Positions 23,995-37,622 are shown, counted from the first letter of the whole stretch. The stretch is DNA of 63,650 nt, filler included, from Rhabdomonas costata (GCA_019059605.1; 33 parts of 33 records of this genome joined end to end with filler, not necessarily neighbours in it); one strand, 5' to 3'. Numbers and translations: made by a program. The notes: a model not told the origin generated them from the sequence alone.

Positions 23995-26900
23995 CTGCCA
24001 CCACCGCCACAATAAGGGTGCAAGCAAAGGAGGGGGGGGGATTCTATAGGGCAAGACTCAAAGCAGGTTTGCCATTGTAACCGGTGACACACACACAAGC
24101 ACACACTGAGCTGAGTGTGAACGGAGAACATTGGTACGGATAATGTCACCGAGGTCGGCTCGAATCCATATCGATCAGGCGTTAGGATGAAGGCAACTCT
24201 GCCCCCACCCCAACCAGGACTTCCCCTGTGGAACAAGGGGGCCAGCAGGTGCCTGGTTGGGGACATAAGTTGCCTGGAGATGACGGAGTCTCGAGCAGTC
24301 GCGAGACTTAAGACTTAAGGTGATGACTGAGAAAGGTCTCTCTCTCTCTCTCTCGAACACAGGGCATTCTTCTCTCGCTCCTTTACATGGCTCCTTGGCA
24401 ATTGCACTGCTTTTCGTTTCGTTTGCCTTTGAACACCATGCCCCTCGTTCGGGTGTTAGATCCTCACCTACTAAAGGGCCGGCACTCGGGCTGCTGCAGG
24501 GTGATCACCCCAGGACCCCAGGACACACACATACACACACGCACGCACATACACACACCTTACGTCACTGAATAGCGCAGCTCAGAAGCATTTAGAGTTC
24601 TTCAAAACCGAAGCCGTTGGCAGGGCTTGGAGGTGACGGCCACACTGGCTAACAGTTGCTCAGTATCTCCCAATCGGAATGATCGTGATACAGGCTGCAC
24701 GAACTGAGCGCCACGCCCTTGGGGTCAACGGTTACATGGCACAGTTGCACTCGCCTCAAGTCTCGAGCGCCACTCACCCCCCCCCACACACACACACATG
24801 GGTGCGCGGAGGATTCGGATTCCATTGTAACCGAGAAATAAACCAAGGCAGTCCATTTTGACGCACGATTTCACTCAGCGGCAGTACACGTGGTATCAGC
24901 CCTGTAGCCCGCATCAGATTTACATCGCACATATTTTTTTTGAAGGTTTTGACACGGCACAGCGTCACCACTGCTCATGAAGGACCCACGCGCAAACGGC
25001 AAATAGCAAACAACAAACAACACACCATCTNNNNNNNNNNNNNNNNNNNNNNNNNNNNNNNNNNNNNNNNNNNNTTAATTAATTAANNNNNNNNNNNNNN
25101 NNNNNNNNNNNNNNNNNNNNNNNNNNNNNNGTTTTGGTGTCTCTCTTCCTCATTATCCGAACTGAGCCTTGTGGCATTTGGCGTGCTGAGATGATTGCGG
25201 ACGCTGGTGCCCGTCCAAACCTTCGAGGTTGATTCCGATTAGGGGAGTGGGGCGATAAACAGCCCTGGGCGGAGCCTGAGCAAAAGCCCCATGGCAAATA
25301 CTGGGGATTTGAGGTTTCAGTCCGATGATCCGTTGCCGGTGCTTGCGGAGTCAGAGGGAATATGCCACGATTTCGGTTCTCGCTCAGCGCGGACGGTTGG
25401 GTTGCTGCCAGTACACTTTGTTGTCTTCCTGTAAGGGATGTTCAAGTGCGTGGCGCCAGCAGGCAGGATGCATGCGGTTTGTACTCACCATCCTTCTTTG
25501 CGTCACAGGAATCAGGAGAGTAGAGCGAGCTGGGACAGTGCTTTGTGTGGGTTTCCCTCTGATTTTGACCATATGTCAATGCTGATGTCGCTATGAACCC
25601 ATGTCGACATATTTGTGTTGGCTATTATGGTGAACTCGAGCAGTGAGTCGGTCATTTTAATCACTGGGGTGCTGTCGCTGTCAAGAAATTTTACTTTTTT
25701 GTTCTGGGGCTTTGTGTATTATTGTGTGAACACTTCATCTTTGGATGACCAGGGGCATTGGTAGGTAATTTGTATGGAGGTCGCTCATGGCGGGTTTGAC
25801 GGGTGGTCGCTTTAGGCTCTGGAGGGACTTAAAGAAGATCGGCAGAGTTGAAGGTTTTCTTCACCGTGCTTCTCATCCTCTCGACTTGAGATGACGCTGG
25901 CAAGATACTTGGGGTCGTATACCCGCAGCTCGTTGTGGTTTGTGAAAAGTCAATTTCTGCGGCGTCCAACAAAAAGATCGCTTGCCCAGACACCTTATTC
26001 AAAATGCTGAGAGTCCGTTGTGTGGAGGTGCCTGCGCTCATCACCGGGGCCACCGGAGGGCTGGTCCTGACAACCAAAGAAGTATATCAATCACACCAGC
26101 TGTCACACTCCCTGGACAAAGAAGTTTCTGATGAAAGGACTCTTGATGAGAGCAGTGACAGTCTGCAACACGGTGTTCAGCTTCAAGAGAGCCGTAGAGC
26201 ACTGCACTCGCGGTCTTCTTCTTCTAGGATCTAGGATGCCCCAAGTCCGTTCTGAAGCAGTCCTGGACATCGTTTATGTCCTAATCCGCGTCGTGACCAG
26301 AAGCAGGTGCGCCGATTCGAGGACAACACAATTTGAGGGTTCACTCGCTGTCTCTGGTTCAAGCAGCTGGTTGATTCCACCGCCGCCGAGTTCACGGGAG
26401 CAACCACTTTTCCCCCCTCGCCATCATCCTATAATTCCTCCACCCAGCGGCTGTTGCTCTGTGGTATCCATGCCGTCAATGCTGTGATAGACGTGTTGGG
26501 TCGTCCCAGGATTGCCAAAGCGCAGATTGATGAGATCAATAGAAATCTGGCCGCTTCAGAAAGTCTAATCCTCGACCCGACGACCCGATAACGCTCTGCA
26601 ACCTACGGGCAACTCTCCGATTGAGGTCCTGACCCTGGCGCTACAGGCATACGCCGATTGCACTGCAGAACGAGTAACGCATCTTCCCGTGCAACCGGGC
26701 TTCCACCTCGTAGGCAATGGTTGTCATTGGCAGATGGCCGCCTCAGGACCCAGCGGCCAATGGATTGTGAGTGATAAGGCCGCCTGTTCCCTGTGGTTGA
26801 CGCGCAATCGCTTTGAGCGAGGAGCCATTCTTCGACTGACCCAAGCCGACCTTCACCCCGATAAAGCGCCAACTTCAGCCTTTCTTCAGGTTTCTGCAGG

Positions 26901-29039
26901 GTTTTGGGGCCGTCGCAACCGCAATGGATCACGATACCACTCAGGGAAAATGCAAAGCTGANNNNNNNNNNNNNNNNNNNNNNNNNNNNNNNNNNNNNNN
27001 NNNNNTTAATTAATTAANNNNNNNNNNNNNNNNNNNNNNNNNNNNNNNNNNNNNNNNNNNNGTGGTGGGTGTGTTTGGTTTTGGGGTGAGGCTTCCACAG
27101 TTGGGGATACGTCTGAGGAGTCCCTGAGGCAGAGAGTGCAAAACTGGGGCGAAAATGAGGGTTGCGTTTGGGCAAGAAGCGGTGGACCAGGGATATGAAA
27201 GAGCCGCCACAAAGGGACACCACAACCGGCCGAGGGTGAAAGGTCAGAAAATTCTGGCCCCAAGGATCGCAGCGTTTCGGGAGGCCTGCTGTAGAAAAGT
27301 CCACGACCATGCTTCGGCTTCGCGCCTTAATTTACTTTTATTGTTCATCGATGATATTGCATATCGGGGTGTTTCAGATGCAGAGGGCGTCTGGGTGTAG
27401 AATTCTTTGTTAAATTCTCATGCCTCGTTGCTTTGAGCACGGTAAGTGGGGTGGAGTGGCAGGGGCGTGACAGTGCAAGCTGCAAAGCTGAAAGATAATG
27501 ATAATGAAAATTTCAGCAGTTGCACATTAAATCAACCAGGGAATTCGCGTTTGGTGGTATTATCCAAATTTCTATTTTTGCGACCCTCTCAACTGACCCC
27601 GATTTGGGCCTCCAATGTGAAGATGGGAAGGGGGAGAGTTATAATATCATGTTAGAGGGATTTCAAATATCAGATTTGCAGGGATTCGAGGTCACGAGGG
27701 CTCACAGGAATGCCCTTGAGAGGCAGGACATACCTGAGTCACCCAGCCAGAAAGAAAGCAAAACAGGCGTACACCAGAGGGAGTAGCGAGTGGCTACGTC
27801 GCCACGCCACGGAAACTGTGGCGGACCAAGCGCGGAGTTGTCCAACTCTGGTCCAGGCATTTTGAGAAGAAGAGTATAGAAGAGTATGCTTGGGCGCAAA
27901 ATCACGCGGCTGCAATGTTGCAGGATGGAAGAAACCAGCGGTTGTGGGTACAAACAACCAATCACACACACACGCTGGCGATAATCCTTCCATCATTGCA
28001 CTCTTTTCACTCCTATCATTCGTTTAGTTCCCCTCCAGGTTAACCTTTTCCATGTGAATAACGTCCGCTGTAAATTTGCTCGGCGCCCTTCTCTTCTGGT
28101 ACCACCCTTCTCCATTTTTCCATTCTCCCCCCTTCCTTCGTCCCGTCTCACCCTCGCTCCCTGTTTCGGTTTTTTGGTTTTTGCAATCCACCTTGGTCTT
28201 CTTTGCATTCCCTCTTGTAAAATTGTCTGTGTACTGCTGAACCCCAGCCGCTGCAAAAAAAACTTATGTGCCGTAATGCCGTCTCTTTGTCGTTTGGAAG
28301 CCATCCCACATGGGCACAAGCTGGAAGATAAGTTGGTTAGATTTTCGCACGGCTTGCCTGCCAGTTGAGCTGTGGAAATACACTCACCCACCAAATGGGC
28401 AAGATTCACACCAGTTGCTCGACTGAAACTAGAAAGACGGAGAAACTCCTGGGCTGAGAAATTCCGGAATCTGCGCACCCCTCCTTTCCCCGTCTCGACA
28501 GGATTCTTCGCCACAGTGCTCCTTTACAAGTCGAGGAAAAACACCATTTTGCAGCCCCAAGAGGAGGCCTGCAGGGGTGCTACCACACCCACTGGACGTT
28601 CGACAGGGGTACAACACCAGCGCGACACCGTGAACGAAGATCACGGGTGTTACGCAAGCCACACACGCGCGCGCAAAAGTCGAGGGAGAAAGAGAGGGCG
28701 GAACGGGAAGAAACGCAGCCGTAACGGGGGCCTCGGGCTGTGTTCCGCCTCCGTAAAGGATGAACCAGGACGACTCTCAGGATCACTGGTCCTCATCTTC
28801 ATCGTCTTCGGACGGAGGGTGGCGAAGCAGCTCCCGAAAGCGCCGGCCCTCATCAGAGTACACAGCAGACGGAGGTCATTCCGGTTACAGCGANNNNNNN
28901 NNNNNNNNNNNNNNNNNNNNNNNNNNNNNNNNNNNNNTTAATTAATTAANNNNNNNNNNNNNNNNNNNNNNNNNNNNNNNNNNNNNNNNNNNNGTGGTGG
29001 GTGTGTTTGGGGGTTGTGTGGCCGCTATCCCGGGGGGAG

Positions 29040-30331
29040 GAGGCAGAGTGGGGGAGGCAAGTAAATGGCCGGCAGCAGGGCAGCGGTGGTCTGCTATGGC
29101 TCGGGGCCCTGCCAAGACCTCTTCGCGCTGGCGCTGAAGCGGTTCCACAAGGACACCCACGTGATCCGGGTGACCCACCCCAAGCTGGGGTGGACCAACC
29201 GGGAGTCGGGGAAGCCAGGCATGACCCCCTACCCCGGTTTTGTTCTTCTTGCTCGTGCTGAGTCTCTGCTTTGTCTGTCGGCCTTTTAGAATTGTCAATA
29301 GAATTGTGTAAAATCGTATTAAAATGGACTTGGCCATTTGGTATAAAAAAGTAAACGTTAAGTAGTTGATGGACACCTTATTGTCACTCTCAAGAACTGG
29401 TCGATTACCCCTGCTTTCCAACAGCCGCAACTTCAAAAGAGAGTCACTCTAAGACAAGAAAATCCATTTGAAATGCCTTGAACGTGATATTACGTTGTGC
29501 AAAATTCAATCATACTTTTTCCCATTCATGCCTCGTGCTGATTTTGTATCAACAAATCATTTCAATCTTTTTGATCCGAACCCCCGCTTCGTCTTAATAT
29601 CACTGCAGCGTGGTGATTACACACACAGAAGGAATATTTTTCCTCCAAAAACCTGTCTTAAGGTGATCGCCTTTTTTCCTATCAGCCTCGCTGGTATTGT
29701 AGAAGCCCCCGTTTGCAGACAGAATATGCATGGCTTGCACCACACCCTGGCATGGTGCTCTGTGCTCTTGCGCAGGTACTTTGATGGTGGCGCCGCCCCT
29801 CGTTTCGGTGTTTGAGGAGCTGGACCTGTGGCCGAAGCTTCAGGAGAAAGGTTTCCAACGTTTTTGGGTCGTTTAAACCTTAATTCCCCTCGTCCTCCTC
29901 GCGTGAACCTGCATGTATCAAATAAAAAATCGGGCAAGACTCCGCATTTTGTGTTCTTTAGGGTGTCTCAGGGTGAAACGTCACGAGCAGATGCTGGTGT
30001 CGATTGCCCCCCCCACCCCGCGTGTGCTTATTCACATGTCACAGTGTGAGCGAGGGCGTTGTCGTGGTTTTGGAAGTGCGATTGACTTCCTAGTCGCACC
30101 CCAGCACCACACACACACACACACACTTTTCTCTGCTAAAAATTCCCTCTCTCAGCCATTCAGATGCATTACCTGAGCCAGCGGGAGGGAGACAACACCG
30201 TAAGCTTCGAGACCTCCCATTTTGCGGAGTGGTCCACCAGCTTCCGGTGGATCTTCCGCGGCCCCACCCAAAGGCTCAAGGAGCTCGCGCTGAAGGGCTT
30301 CTGGCTGGTGGAGACCGCAACCCTTCAGGAG
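29040..30331 (+). CDS. Unknown protein, 3 exons (weak resemblance to Fringe/DUF604-type glycosyltransferase, speculative)
   Basis: Exons ~29040-29236, 29776-29807, 30164-30331 splice in frame: ...CYGSGPCQDLFALALKRFH...PYPGTLMVAPPLVSMHYLSQREG...FRWIFRG. Confidence 0.5.
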
Positions 30332-31779
30332 GTTGTGCTGCTTTTCTGGAGCTTCCAAAGACCTTGAGAGGAGTCAGCAGTAAAGTTTGTGGAATAGGAT
30401 CCACGATTGGTCTACGATCTCATGGTCTGGTGTACTTATCGGCATATTTTCGAGATTTTCTGTGCCGATGAAAAATGGCACGGGGCGCAGCGATGCTTCA
30501 TAAAAGGGAAGATTCTCTGGATCTGGTGGGGTACGGCGATTACGGATGAATCCTGCGATGGCTTCTGCTGAATGGTTCTGTGAAAGGATGCAAGCATTTC
30601 TGCAACTCGCATCTCCTCAGCAGTCTTCCCATCTAAGTATTCAAGTGGATCTGCCTCCACCCCAGCTTCTGGTTTTGCTCCCCATTCCCGCATGGAGAAG
30701 AGGTTCGTCACATGCCCACAGTGTTGTTTCCAGCGGGACTTTTTTCAGCCTCCGGTCCTTCTGTGGTAACTACTAGCGTGGTGAACTCTTGACACTGACC
30801 CCACTGCCTTTACAACACAAACCNNNNNNNNNNNNNNNNNNNNNNNNNNNNNNNNNNNNNNNNNNNNTTAATTAATTAANNNNNNNNNNNNNNNNNNNNN
30901 NNNNNNNNNNNNNNNNNNNNNNNGTTGTTGTTGTTTGCGAGTGAAAGAGCCCTCCATATTTTCGTTTTCCAGCTTGTGTGCGGGCATGCACACCCATTTG
31001 TTTGTTTTGGTATGCCTTGGTCGGCGTGCTGTGGCAGCGCCGTTTCTCCCACTCTGTATCGCTGCCCGCTGCTCTTCCTTTATGTGGTGTTCGCCACACA
31101 AAGGTCCCTTCTCGTTTTGATTTTCCTTTGCTCCTGGTCTTCCATGTGTACAAATTGTGTACATGTGATTATCGCACATTGTTTCTGTATCGCTCCCTGT
31201 CAATAGCAAAATGTGCCTATCTACGCGATGTTGCCCCCCTTTACTGGCCTGCGTCCTTATGATTTGCCTTTGGCACGCTCGGACGCCCGCACCCTCTCTT
31301 CGACCCCTTGTTTCCTGAGGGGTCTGTGCAGGGGGAATCTCGAAGTAAAAGCAGAAACACAAGTCTTTGGGAAGCGGTTGGGGTCCTTGGACCAAACAAG
31401 CACCGATTTAGCAAATCTCATGGCCGAGCCTCAAGGTGAACCCAGGGTACTGGAGACCATAATGTGTGCACCCGCACCCACCCATCTTGTCCTGTTAATC
31501 GCCTGTACCACTGGCTCCAACTGTGGTCCCTAATGTGTTCGAGTTGGATTGTTCATTGGTTGCTTGCTGTTCTTCGTGTGCGCACACGTCAGCCACTCTC
31601 CGTGTGTGCGGCGTGGGTGAGGAGCTTCTCTCTTTGGCTCCATTGACCCTTTGGTTGTGCCCCGCGGCTTTTTGGGCGGCGGCTTCTGGAGTGGGGAAGT
31701 TTCTCTGACCCCTTCCCCCACACACAGACACACACAATACACAGCTTCTTCCGCAAAGAGAGAGAAAGCGAAGCGCAGA

Positions 31780-32385
31780 ATGTCAAACACAATTGCCGAG
31801 GCCCGGCTTCGGGAGGAGCGCCGGAACTGGCGCAAGGAACACCCCCACGGTTTCTCCGCTCGCCCCCGTGAGAAGGAGGACGGCAACCTGGACCTAATGC
31901 GGTGGGAAGTGGTGCGTGCACGTGATGGTTTTCGGATGTGTCCGTTCCTGGTGGCCTTAAAAGGGGGAGGCATAATACATTCATGCCCCCACCCCTCCCC
32001 TTGGATCTTGCAAATTCCACGGGTGCGCGCAATTGCATCGCAACCTTAACCCTCCACAAAATCTTCTTCCCAGGTGTTGCGTGCAATGCAACCTGTTTTC
32101 AATGGTGGTGAGGACCCAAATGCACAAGCACTTGCAGGGATTTGACTGTGCTTTGCGAAGGCATGTTTGTGTGAGTCTGCTGGTCAGTGTATGAGGACAC
32201 ACGTGTTTTCAGATTATCCCGGGCAAGGCAGGCACACCGTGGGAGAAGGGCGAGTACAAGCTGACGATGGACTTCTCTGATGACTATCCCAGCAAGCCCC
32301 CGAAATGCCGGTTCACGCCCGTCCTGTTCCACCCCAACATCTACCCTTCCGGCACGGTCTGCCTCTCAATCCTAAATGAGGACAA
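31780..32385 (+). CDS. UBC9: SUMO-conjugating enzyme UBC9, first 2 exons
   Basis: Exons 31780-31911 and 32213-32385: [29 protein letters not shown]...[65 protein letters not shown], with Ubc9-specific N-terminus and catalytic Cys. Confidence 0.96.
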
Positions 32386-33392
32386 GTATGCATTTTTTCT
32401 GTGTCATTCCGGTTTGGTTGGAGGGAGGCTGTAGGCTGGCTTACAGGCTGGCTTGCAGGTGGATGGATGGATGGGTGAAAGATTCCCACGTCCACGTCGA
32501 ACATGTGCATCATTCGTCTCTCCCTCCCTCCCTCGCTCGCTCTCTTCGCGTGGTGGTGCTTGGCGCCGCTGAAAGACCACCTTACACGTGGGTGTCGCAG
32601 TCCTGCGAAGTGGGCTTGGCTAAAACGACCTGTCGTAAAGCACAAAGAGGACCACAGCGACGGCTTTCGGTCTTGGACAATTTCACGTTTCCTGATTTTG
32701 CTGTGGGAATTCCAGATGATATTCGTGAATAGGAAAAAATTGACAGACTTGACGNNNNNNNNNNNNNNNNNNNNNNNNNNNNNNNNNNNNNNNNNNNNTT
32801 AATTAATTAANNNNNNNNNNNNNNNNNNNNNNNNNNNNNNNNNNNNNNNNNNNNTGTTGGGTGGCTATTTAAAACTTAATGACACAAATGACCACAAATG
32901 ACTGAGTCGCTTTTTCTAGGTATCTCTAGGTATCATGTTTTTTCAAAAGTTTTAAATAGCCAGCCAACCACTGGCTACGAACAAAACCAACCTTTCTTCT
33001 CTTTCCTCAATCCTCCCAAACACCGAGCTAAAGGGGAAAGGTATCACAAGCAAATCAGCCTCAACTGAATGACTTTCCAAGTGTGGCGCAGGTGCGCAGG
33101 AACGGTATCCCTTGATACTCATCCCGAAGCAGTCTCCGGTGGTAATTTTCGCGGAACCTCACATTTCCCTATGAAGCAAAAGAAAGCCTGAAAAATCGAA
33201 ATCGACAAACGAGGATTACAGGTACAAGTTCATGCTTGCTGGTGATACTTCATGCTCTCTGTCAAAATTGGAGACTAAAGACTCTGGAAACGCTTTGGCC
33301 CAACGTAAAAGTCTGCCGAAATCCGCCCGCGCAGAAATCCATACTATAGACCTGTTTTCATGAACGAACCATGTGCCAATCGATCTAACGAT

Positions 33393-34643
33393 TCAATTCA
33401 ATCGCAACACGCACTCGAATACATCAACCTCGCGGAAATGCGTATTGGAGCGAGGGGACCAGCTCAGCATGCCCATCAGCGCTTCGACGGGGTCAAAGAA
33501 GGGCCAGCTAATGTCATATATCCCCACCAGGCGTTGACCGACTTCCTCAACAACATCCTCTGAGACTCCAAAGATGGGCCACCGAAATCTCTGCAAGGTT
33601 GGAATGGCATTATGTAAAAAAAATAAACCCAAGGAAGGAATTTTGCTTGATTTCGAAAGCAAAATTAGGAGCATTCCCACAAGCATAATATACACCACGA
33701 AGCAGCATCAGCCCAAATTTAGAGCCATATTTGTGCAGAGGGGAACGAAACACGAGTGAATGCGACTGGTGGGATCAGGGGGAGGTGATAAAGACATACC
33801 ATATCCGTACCCCGCAGAACAGGGGCGTCACCAAGAAGCTGTCCCGCAACTTTCAGGGCACCGCAGGACAGCTCGAGAACGGTAAACTCGATCCACATCT
33901 GTGCCAGAGAAATCACCGCAGTGAGACACAGCAAAGTGAATGCAAAGAGCAAGTGAATGCAAGCCCACCATAGGCGAAGACAGGTCAAACATCGATAGCC
34001 AAAAACCGCAACATCGAAAAGAGGGGCACAACAAACTCTTCAGATCGCAGGAATGTTTCACGGCCCACTCACTCACTGTCAAGGGCAATGAGAGAGAGAC
34101 GGCACGTGGCGGAAAAAAAATAGGGGCTGCAGTGTTCACAGTCAAATTGCAGGCAAAAATGGAACCAAGGTCGTGAGGAAGTTGGGGCTCTTTCTCAACT
34201 GCAAGCATCCTGCTCTACGCAGCAAAGTCCAGAACAGAAGAGAGTCCAGGGTCCGTAAAAACCGCAACAACAAAAATATGCTGTGTGGCCATCTTCAAAC
34301 CAACAGCTGGGTTGCGTTGCAAGTGCTCGCCTCTGTGGTTGGCCCAAATCAACACCTTTTTATGAGGGAGAGAGGGGGGGAACCGCTACCGCGACAGCAG
34401 TTTCCATCCTAACGGTGGTTTAGTGATGATGCAGCACACGGCCTTCTTACATCGCCCTCTCCGTGCGCGCAGCACCGTCGTCAGCACTGCGTCAGCGAGC
34501 AAGGTAGTGGCCAGCTGAGCGGCGGCGCTGCCTGGCCCGAACAGCAGCAGGGCCAAGTTGTACACCAGGGCGAACGGCCGGTCCACAGTACAGTCAAAAT
34601 CCAGCACACGGAGAACCTTCTGCTCCCGCTCCAGCAAGGCTTC
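33393..34643 (-). CDS. Transcription-type cyclin (K/L/Q family), last 3 exons
   Basis: Exons 34643-34476, 33898-33800, 33590-33393 (stop), all phase 0: ALLEREQKVLRVLDFDCTVDRPF...LLADAVLTT|MWIEFTVLELSCGALKVAGQLLG...|RFRWPIFGVSEDVVEEVGQRLVGIYD. Confidence 0.8.
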
Positions 34644-34785
34644 CTTTTTCACGAAAAATCAATGAAACTCGACATGTAGCCACACNNNNNNNNNNNNNNN
34701 NNNNNNNNNNNNNNNNNNNNNNNNNNNNNTTAATTAATTAANNNNNNNNNNNNNNNNNNNNNNNNNNNNNNNNNNNNNNNNNNNN

Positions 34786-36615
34786 GCCCACTCCAAATAC
34801 AGGTGGTGGGGCACATTTACCGAGTCACCTTATCTCCTGAAGTCAGAAACGCTGTGATTTCAGAAAACGGAATATATCCGTAAAGTGTAGCATCTAAATC
34901 CATAGAAGAGCCACGCGTTGCGGCATTCCTGTGTATCTGAGCTTCCGGAACTACCACCATAAGTTGGGGCGGGGGTCTTGGTTTCCGAAAATCCATGGCC
35001 TCGTGCAGACGCTTGGACATAACTTTAGCTTGTATATCTCCTTCAAACCTTCTAACGAACAAATACTGCCGCAATTGTTCGTTATAAAACATAGTTCCCT
35101 TTAGGAGGCTGATTTCCGTGACAAACTGCTGGTGGTAGAACTGGAAATTCCCGTCCGTCATCTTTAACTGTTCCATACTCCACACCACGTTTTAATCCCA
35201 AGTATAATGGCACAGCCTTTTCTTTAACGTTTCCACAAAATCTTTCCAGTCCACAAAGATCTGACCTGGCGCAACTATAACTCTTGCTAATAAGACAAGT
35301 GCACCCGTGGAGTATACTATAGCAACGTAATCCGGAAACATCCGGACATCTTTTATCTCTTCAACGCTAATCAAAGAAGGCAAAAAATTCGTATTTCGGG
35401 AACTCCTGGTATTTTCTTGAAGCTCTGGTGCAGAGGAACTGATCGGCAATCCTTCAATCACTATCTGCAAGTAAATCTTACGTCAGCTGATAATTCGCAC
35501 GCTGATGGTGCTCCATCTGCTGAAAGAAAGAAACCATATGTGCCAAAACGTGGCCTCCAATGGCCGGGCAGATGCTAGTTTAGCTGGCGGTGGTGGAGGT
35601 GGATTGCTTGACGTCTTTTCACCGAAAATAAATTACAAGTTCATATATCTCAAGAGATGTTTTGCGCTGACCTGGTGGAAAACAACAAGGTTGAGTGGAC
35701 ACACACTCACTCACACAGAGAACAGAGATAAATGGGCACTACACGTTCTTCTAAAGGCTTTACACCACCTGCGGAGGTGGATAACTTTAGCCTGTCTCCT
35801 CTCCTGCTGTATCTTGCTTGCTCTGCTACCACACGACCTCAGTCGCGAATCATCTGGCTTTACCTCATCTTTAGCTGGAGTTTATTCTCCACACATACCG
35901 TCTATCCAACAAGCCTCTTACGTGCCTCCTACCTCTTGCGTGTGGTCGTGGCTCTGGGTCCCTATTCATACAGCCTGTATCCATATTTAGCTTTCACTAA
36001 GTGGGCGCTGCCGCGGTTAACCTAGGTGGATCCACCAATAGCGAGGCTGTTTATCACGATACAGGTATGTATTCCTATCTTTGTGTGGTGAGGTCCGCCG
36101 CCGCGGCGTGGGATATATCTTTGGTTTCTGGCTTTGGTGTGTGTGTGTGGCGTTGGGCTCTCCGGCTCCGCGCTTACTTGCTCTACTGGGGATGGGGATC
36201 TTTAGCTGAGGCGGGTACTGGGTATTGGGCAAAACGGGTGGTTTATCTTGACTTCTCTTGCTGTGGCTTCTTCTCGCTGCTCGTTTCAAAGGTCTTTGCT
36301 TTCTAGGGTTCCGCTGGGATGTGGGTCCTAGAGACCTTGCCTCTACCCAGCCGTCAGATTACGCCTTTCCAGCCCCAAAAGAATGAAATTAAGATGGGAA
36401 CGGCACAAAAGCACAGCACAGTGGAAGTGATAAGGTACAGCGGTCCACCTTTAGCCATGACTCGTCTCTCTACCGCTTTTAGCGTCGCTACGTTGAGCCT
36501 TTTTAGCTGTGACCTGTAAGGTGAACAGCTTTCTGGCCATAACACACAAACACCACGAAAAGCAAAGTATACCCAAATAAAACTCAACCAAAAAGCATCC
36601 GACGTCACACCACCC
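34786..36615 (-). mobile_element. Decayed Ty3/gypsy-type LTR retrotransposon 5' portion: gag remnant (~35470-34817), putative PBS and LTR
   Basis: Intronless, AT-richer, interrupted ORFs: DWKDFVETLKKRL...*...MEQLKMTDGNFQFYHQQF...LFVRRFEGDIQAKV...SSMDLDA, fitting the retrotransposon gag pattern (W..F...L...F, LKQ.G.V..Y...F, MDLD). Confidence 0.65.
36021..36037 (-). promoter_or_regulatory. Putative primer-binding site TGGTGGATCCACCTAGG
   Basis: TGG-initiated site about 550 nt upstream of gag on the same strand; its complement ends ...TCCACCA, like a tRNA-Ala 3' end (U70-C71-C72-A73-CCA). Confidence 0.4.
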
Positions 36616-36850
36616 NNNNNNNNNNNNNNNNNNNNNNNNNNNNNNNNNNNNNNNNNNNNTTAATTAATTAANNNNNNNNNNNNNNNNNNNNNNNNNNNNN
36701 NNNNNNNNNNNNNNNGTTTGTGTTGCAGGAGAAGCCTCCGTTCATGGTATCCAAAGTGATCGTACCTACGTATCATTAGGGTACTGTGAGAGGTCTGGGT
36801 GATGGGTGTTCCGGTCACAGAGCTTCAGCGAGCAAGGGCTCAATACGTAC

Positions 36851-37622
36851 CTGACAGTCCGCGAAGAACTGCCTCAAGATGTGAGAAGCCTTGTTGAGCT
36901 TTTCCCCATCGGCGCCTGTGAACCGGCAAGCAAGCAAATAACATGATCCACACAAAGACAAGCAAGTTGCGAACAGAAAAAAAGCAGGCAGACAAAAAAA
37001 AAAGAACAATCTGCCATCGCGTACGGATGCGAGGCAGCGGATGGACAACTCATATCTCAAACAGGAAAAGGAAAGGTAAAATATTGCGGGAACCTTTTCG
37101 GCCATCACAAATCGTGGCCCACAGCCGGACCCTGTTAAGGAAGACCTCCAGGATGGGCACAGACCAGTTTGGCCGGGGCAACTCCTGAAAAAAAGCAGGA
37201 GAGACACCTGGCATTCAGTTGTCCCCGGAGCAACAACTGTAAGGTAACGTGACGTGACCCCGTGTGCCCACCAACAGAAGCCCTAAAAGGCAACATCCAA
37301 TCGGTGAGGACTCACAAATCACACACTTTTGCAAAACACCCAGCAAGGAAAGTGACGAAAAGATGTCAGCTGTTATCCCGCAACGTCCGCCAAAAAAAAA
37401 CTTTGACTGACAAATAGCCGTTGCAAACTTAGCCGAACGCATAGAAATCACTCTGACCGCATCCATAATCAGGATAATCAGGGTCCGGAAGCAGAGCTCT
37501 GGCACATAGTGACGAGAGACAACTGGCCATAGATTCGTTACCTTTTCCGAGGGTTCGCTCCACTGCTTACGGTACGCAAGCAGCGCAGCATAGCCGAAGT
37601 TGAACGCATCCTCATCGTTCGA
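36851..37622 (-). CDS. PCID2: PCI domain-containing protein 2 (PCID2/Thp1/Csn12)-like, 3 internal exons
   Basis: Exons 37622-37542, 37184-37094, 36915-36851: ...NWSVPILEVFLNRVRLWATICDGRKGADGEKLNKASHILRQFFADCQ, matching PCID2 NW.LP........LR..A..AD......LEKAA..L...F..C. Confidence 0.65.

Noticed and set aside
24140-24200. GGCTCGAATCC resembling a tRNA T-loop/B-box
   Set aside because: No cloverleaf stems or A-box could be built.
33731-33973. Plus-strand ORFs at 33360-33973 as a separate gene
   Set aside because: They are the antisense shadow of cyclin exons.
37094-37130. Apparent non-canonical junction in PCID2
   Set aside because: Resolved by a downstream canonical phase-1 GT donor at 37093.
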